Assembly (NCBI GenBank): GCA_020725895.1
Contig: DYTO01000001.1
Location: 30,894 to 94,893, forward strand
Reading direction: 5' to 3'
Length of the DNA: 64,000 bases
Origin: Candidatus Hadarchaeum sp.
GTDB lineage: Archaea; Hadarchaeota; Hadarchaeia; Hadarchaeales; Hadarchaeaceae
The first letter of the stretch is position 1. Each line of letters begins with the position of its first letter. The notes beneath the pieces were generated by a model that saw nothing but the letters and a program-made list of their open reading frames with translations, made no database searches and was not told where the DNA came from. The position numbers and the translations under genes were made by a program. Positions 62,978-64,000 of the stretch are shown in pieces.

Positions 62978-64000
62978 CTAGGTTTTTAAACCTCCGATGA
63001 GAGCTTTCATACTTCCCCTCATTCTCCTGAGCTGCTTCCTCGACGAGGACAACAGCCTCAGGATTTTCCCCGCATCCTTCACTTCCCTTCCGATCTCCAA
63101 CACGGCCCGGATGAAAAACTGGAGGACCTCCGCGAACGCACGCCTGCACAGCGCGCCTATCGTCTCCAGATAGACGTTCGCCCTCTCAGCAGCGCGGCCC
63201 ACAGAACCAAAAGAGAGGAGGGTATGCGCAGCGAGAATCATCTGGAGGTGTCGACTAACACCCCTGATCTTCCGCAGCTCGTACGCCTCCATACCCAAGT
63301 TCTGCTTCGCGTCCTTATAGAAGGCATCTATCTCGAAGCGCCTGGCGTATGTCCGCATCGTCCTGTTAGTCTCCCAGTCCAAGCGGTTGGTACAGTAAAA
63401 GTGGGGATCTTCCATTTTCTCGAATTTCTCTTCAGGATAAGAGACAATCACGCGCACTTTTCTCTCGAATCCCTTCAGCCGCACGGTCCTCGAGCACGCG
63501 CAGTAGACCTCCTTCGACCCGTCCTTGTGTTTGAGCACGACCAGCTCGAAGTCCTTCCTTGACAGGTCCTTGGCCCACTCAGATATGGGGCGGCCCCCTC
63601 CCGAAATCACGATCCTGTTCGACTTGCACCGGGTCACCCAGTCCTTCCCCAGCCCCTCCACGAGGCGCACGAACTCCACGTTGAAGTACCACGCGTCGAA
63701 GACGACGCACGAGAAAGGTATTCCGTGCCCAACCGCTTCCTCGACGAGTTCTGTGGCGAACTCGCACTTCGTCTTGAAGTTCTCCCCCGCCTGCCCATTC
63801 TTGATGTATATCCTGAAACCCAAGGGGAGGCTCAACCACTGTCTCGCGTAGTGGCTCGTGACGAGCTGGTGCCCCCACACGGGCTTTCCCTCGCTGGCGT
63901 CGTAGTGCCACCCCGTGCCTTCCATGTGCTTGCCCACATGGTGGGAGATGGTGTCGTCGATGATGAGGAGGCCACCCCCGAGTCCCCTTTCCTCCAGCCC
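62978..64000 (-). mobile_element. DDE transposase gene (IS4/IS701-like), N-terminus beyond window end
   Basis: The 319 aa visible include YARRFEIDAFYKDAKQNLGMEAYELRK, a Y-x2-R-x3-E/D-x6-K-like signature. The frame is still open at position 64000 in the upstream direction. Confidence 0.6.

Noticed and set aside
1-64000. CRISPR arrays, cas genes, rRNA genes
   Set aside because: No short regularly spaced direct repeats and no rRNA-like conserved segments were seen anywhere in the window.

Overview
This 64 kb window looks like an archaeal chromosome segment, probably euryarchaeal or Thermoplasmatota-like, at roughly 55% GC. It is densely packed with genes, many joined by ATGA/GTGA stop-start overlaps. 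All calls come from reading the sequence and the supplied ORF track; no database search or folding was run.

Housekeeping content:
- Homoserine dehydrogenase, found by hand translation and truncated at the window start.
- Archaeal TyrRS and GluRS, TFB, aEF-2, KsgA/Dim1, endonuclease III, AMP-forming acetyl-CoA synthetase and deoxyhypusine synthase.
- The conserved archaeal block eno, rps2, MEMO1-like, isopentenyl phosphate kinase, type-2 IPP isomerase, RNase J and GGPP synthase, with a GGR-family reductase elsewhere.
- A lipoate module: split ligase lplB-lplA followed by two overlapping radical-SAM genes that I read as an archaeal two-component lipoyl synthase.
- An ornithine-decarboxylase-like gene paired with a homospermidine-synthase-like gene.
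- A fused ChlI/ChlD AAA+ protein with a C-terminal vWA domain, an Lrp/AsnC regulator, an e2b2-family isomerase, a YgiQ radical-SAM protein, a rhomboid protease, and three separate MinD/ParA-like ATPases.

RNA genes: tRNA-Leu(CAG), and a tRNA-Trp(CCA) with a 53-nt anticodon-loop intron. The intron carries box C/D-like motifs whose guide sequences pair with positions 34 and 39 of the tRNA itself.

Most unusual features:
- A tightly coupled four-gene operon at 18656-23669: two paralogous proteins (N-terminal zinc ribbon, one TM helix, 2 to 4 extracytoplasmic OB-fold-like repeats), a 508-aa polytopic membrane protein and a DUF457-like membrane metal hydrolase. I could not assign it to any known system.
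- Three loci that each combine a MinD-like ATPase with secreted, membrane-anchored proteins and small winged-helix (wHTH) proteins.
- A roughly 300-nt ORF-free, GC-rich structured region at 2250-2565 whose ends pair; probable ncRNA of unassigned family.
- A stand-alone, AT-rich LAGLIDADG homing-endonuclease ORF abutting tyrS.
- An acidic-repeat surface protein gene with an internally inverted tandem repeat block and perfect 66-bp direct repeats.
- A type-IV-pilin-like gene broken at a G7 homopolymer, a PAS-sensor gene with a frameshift at a T4 run, and a partial DDE transposase at the window end next to an ATP-cone/Mrr-like nuclease gene.
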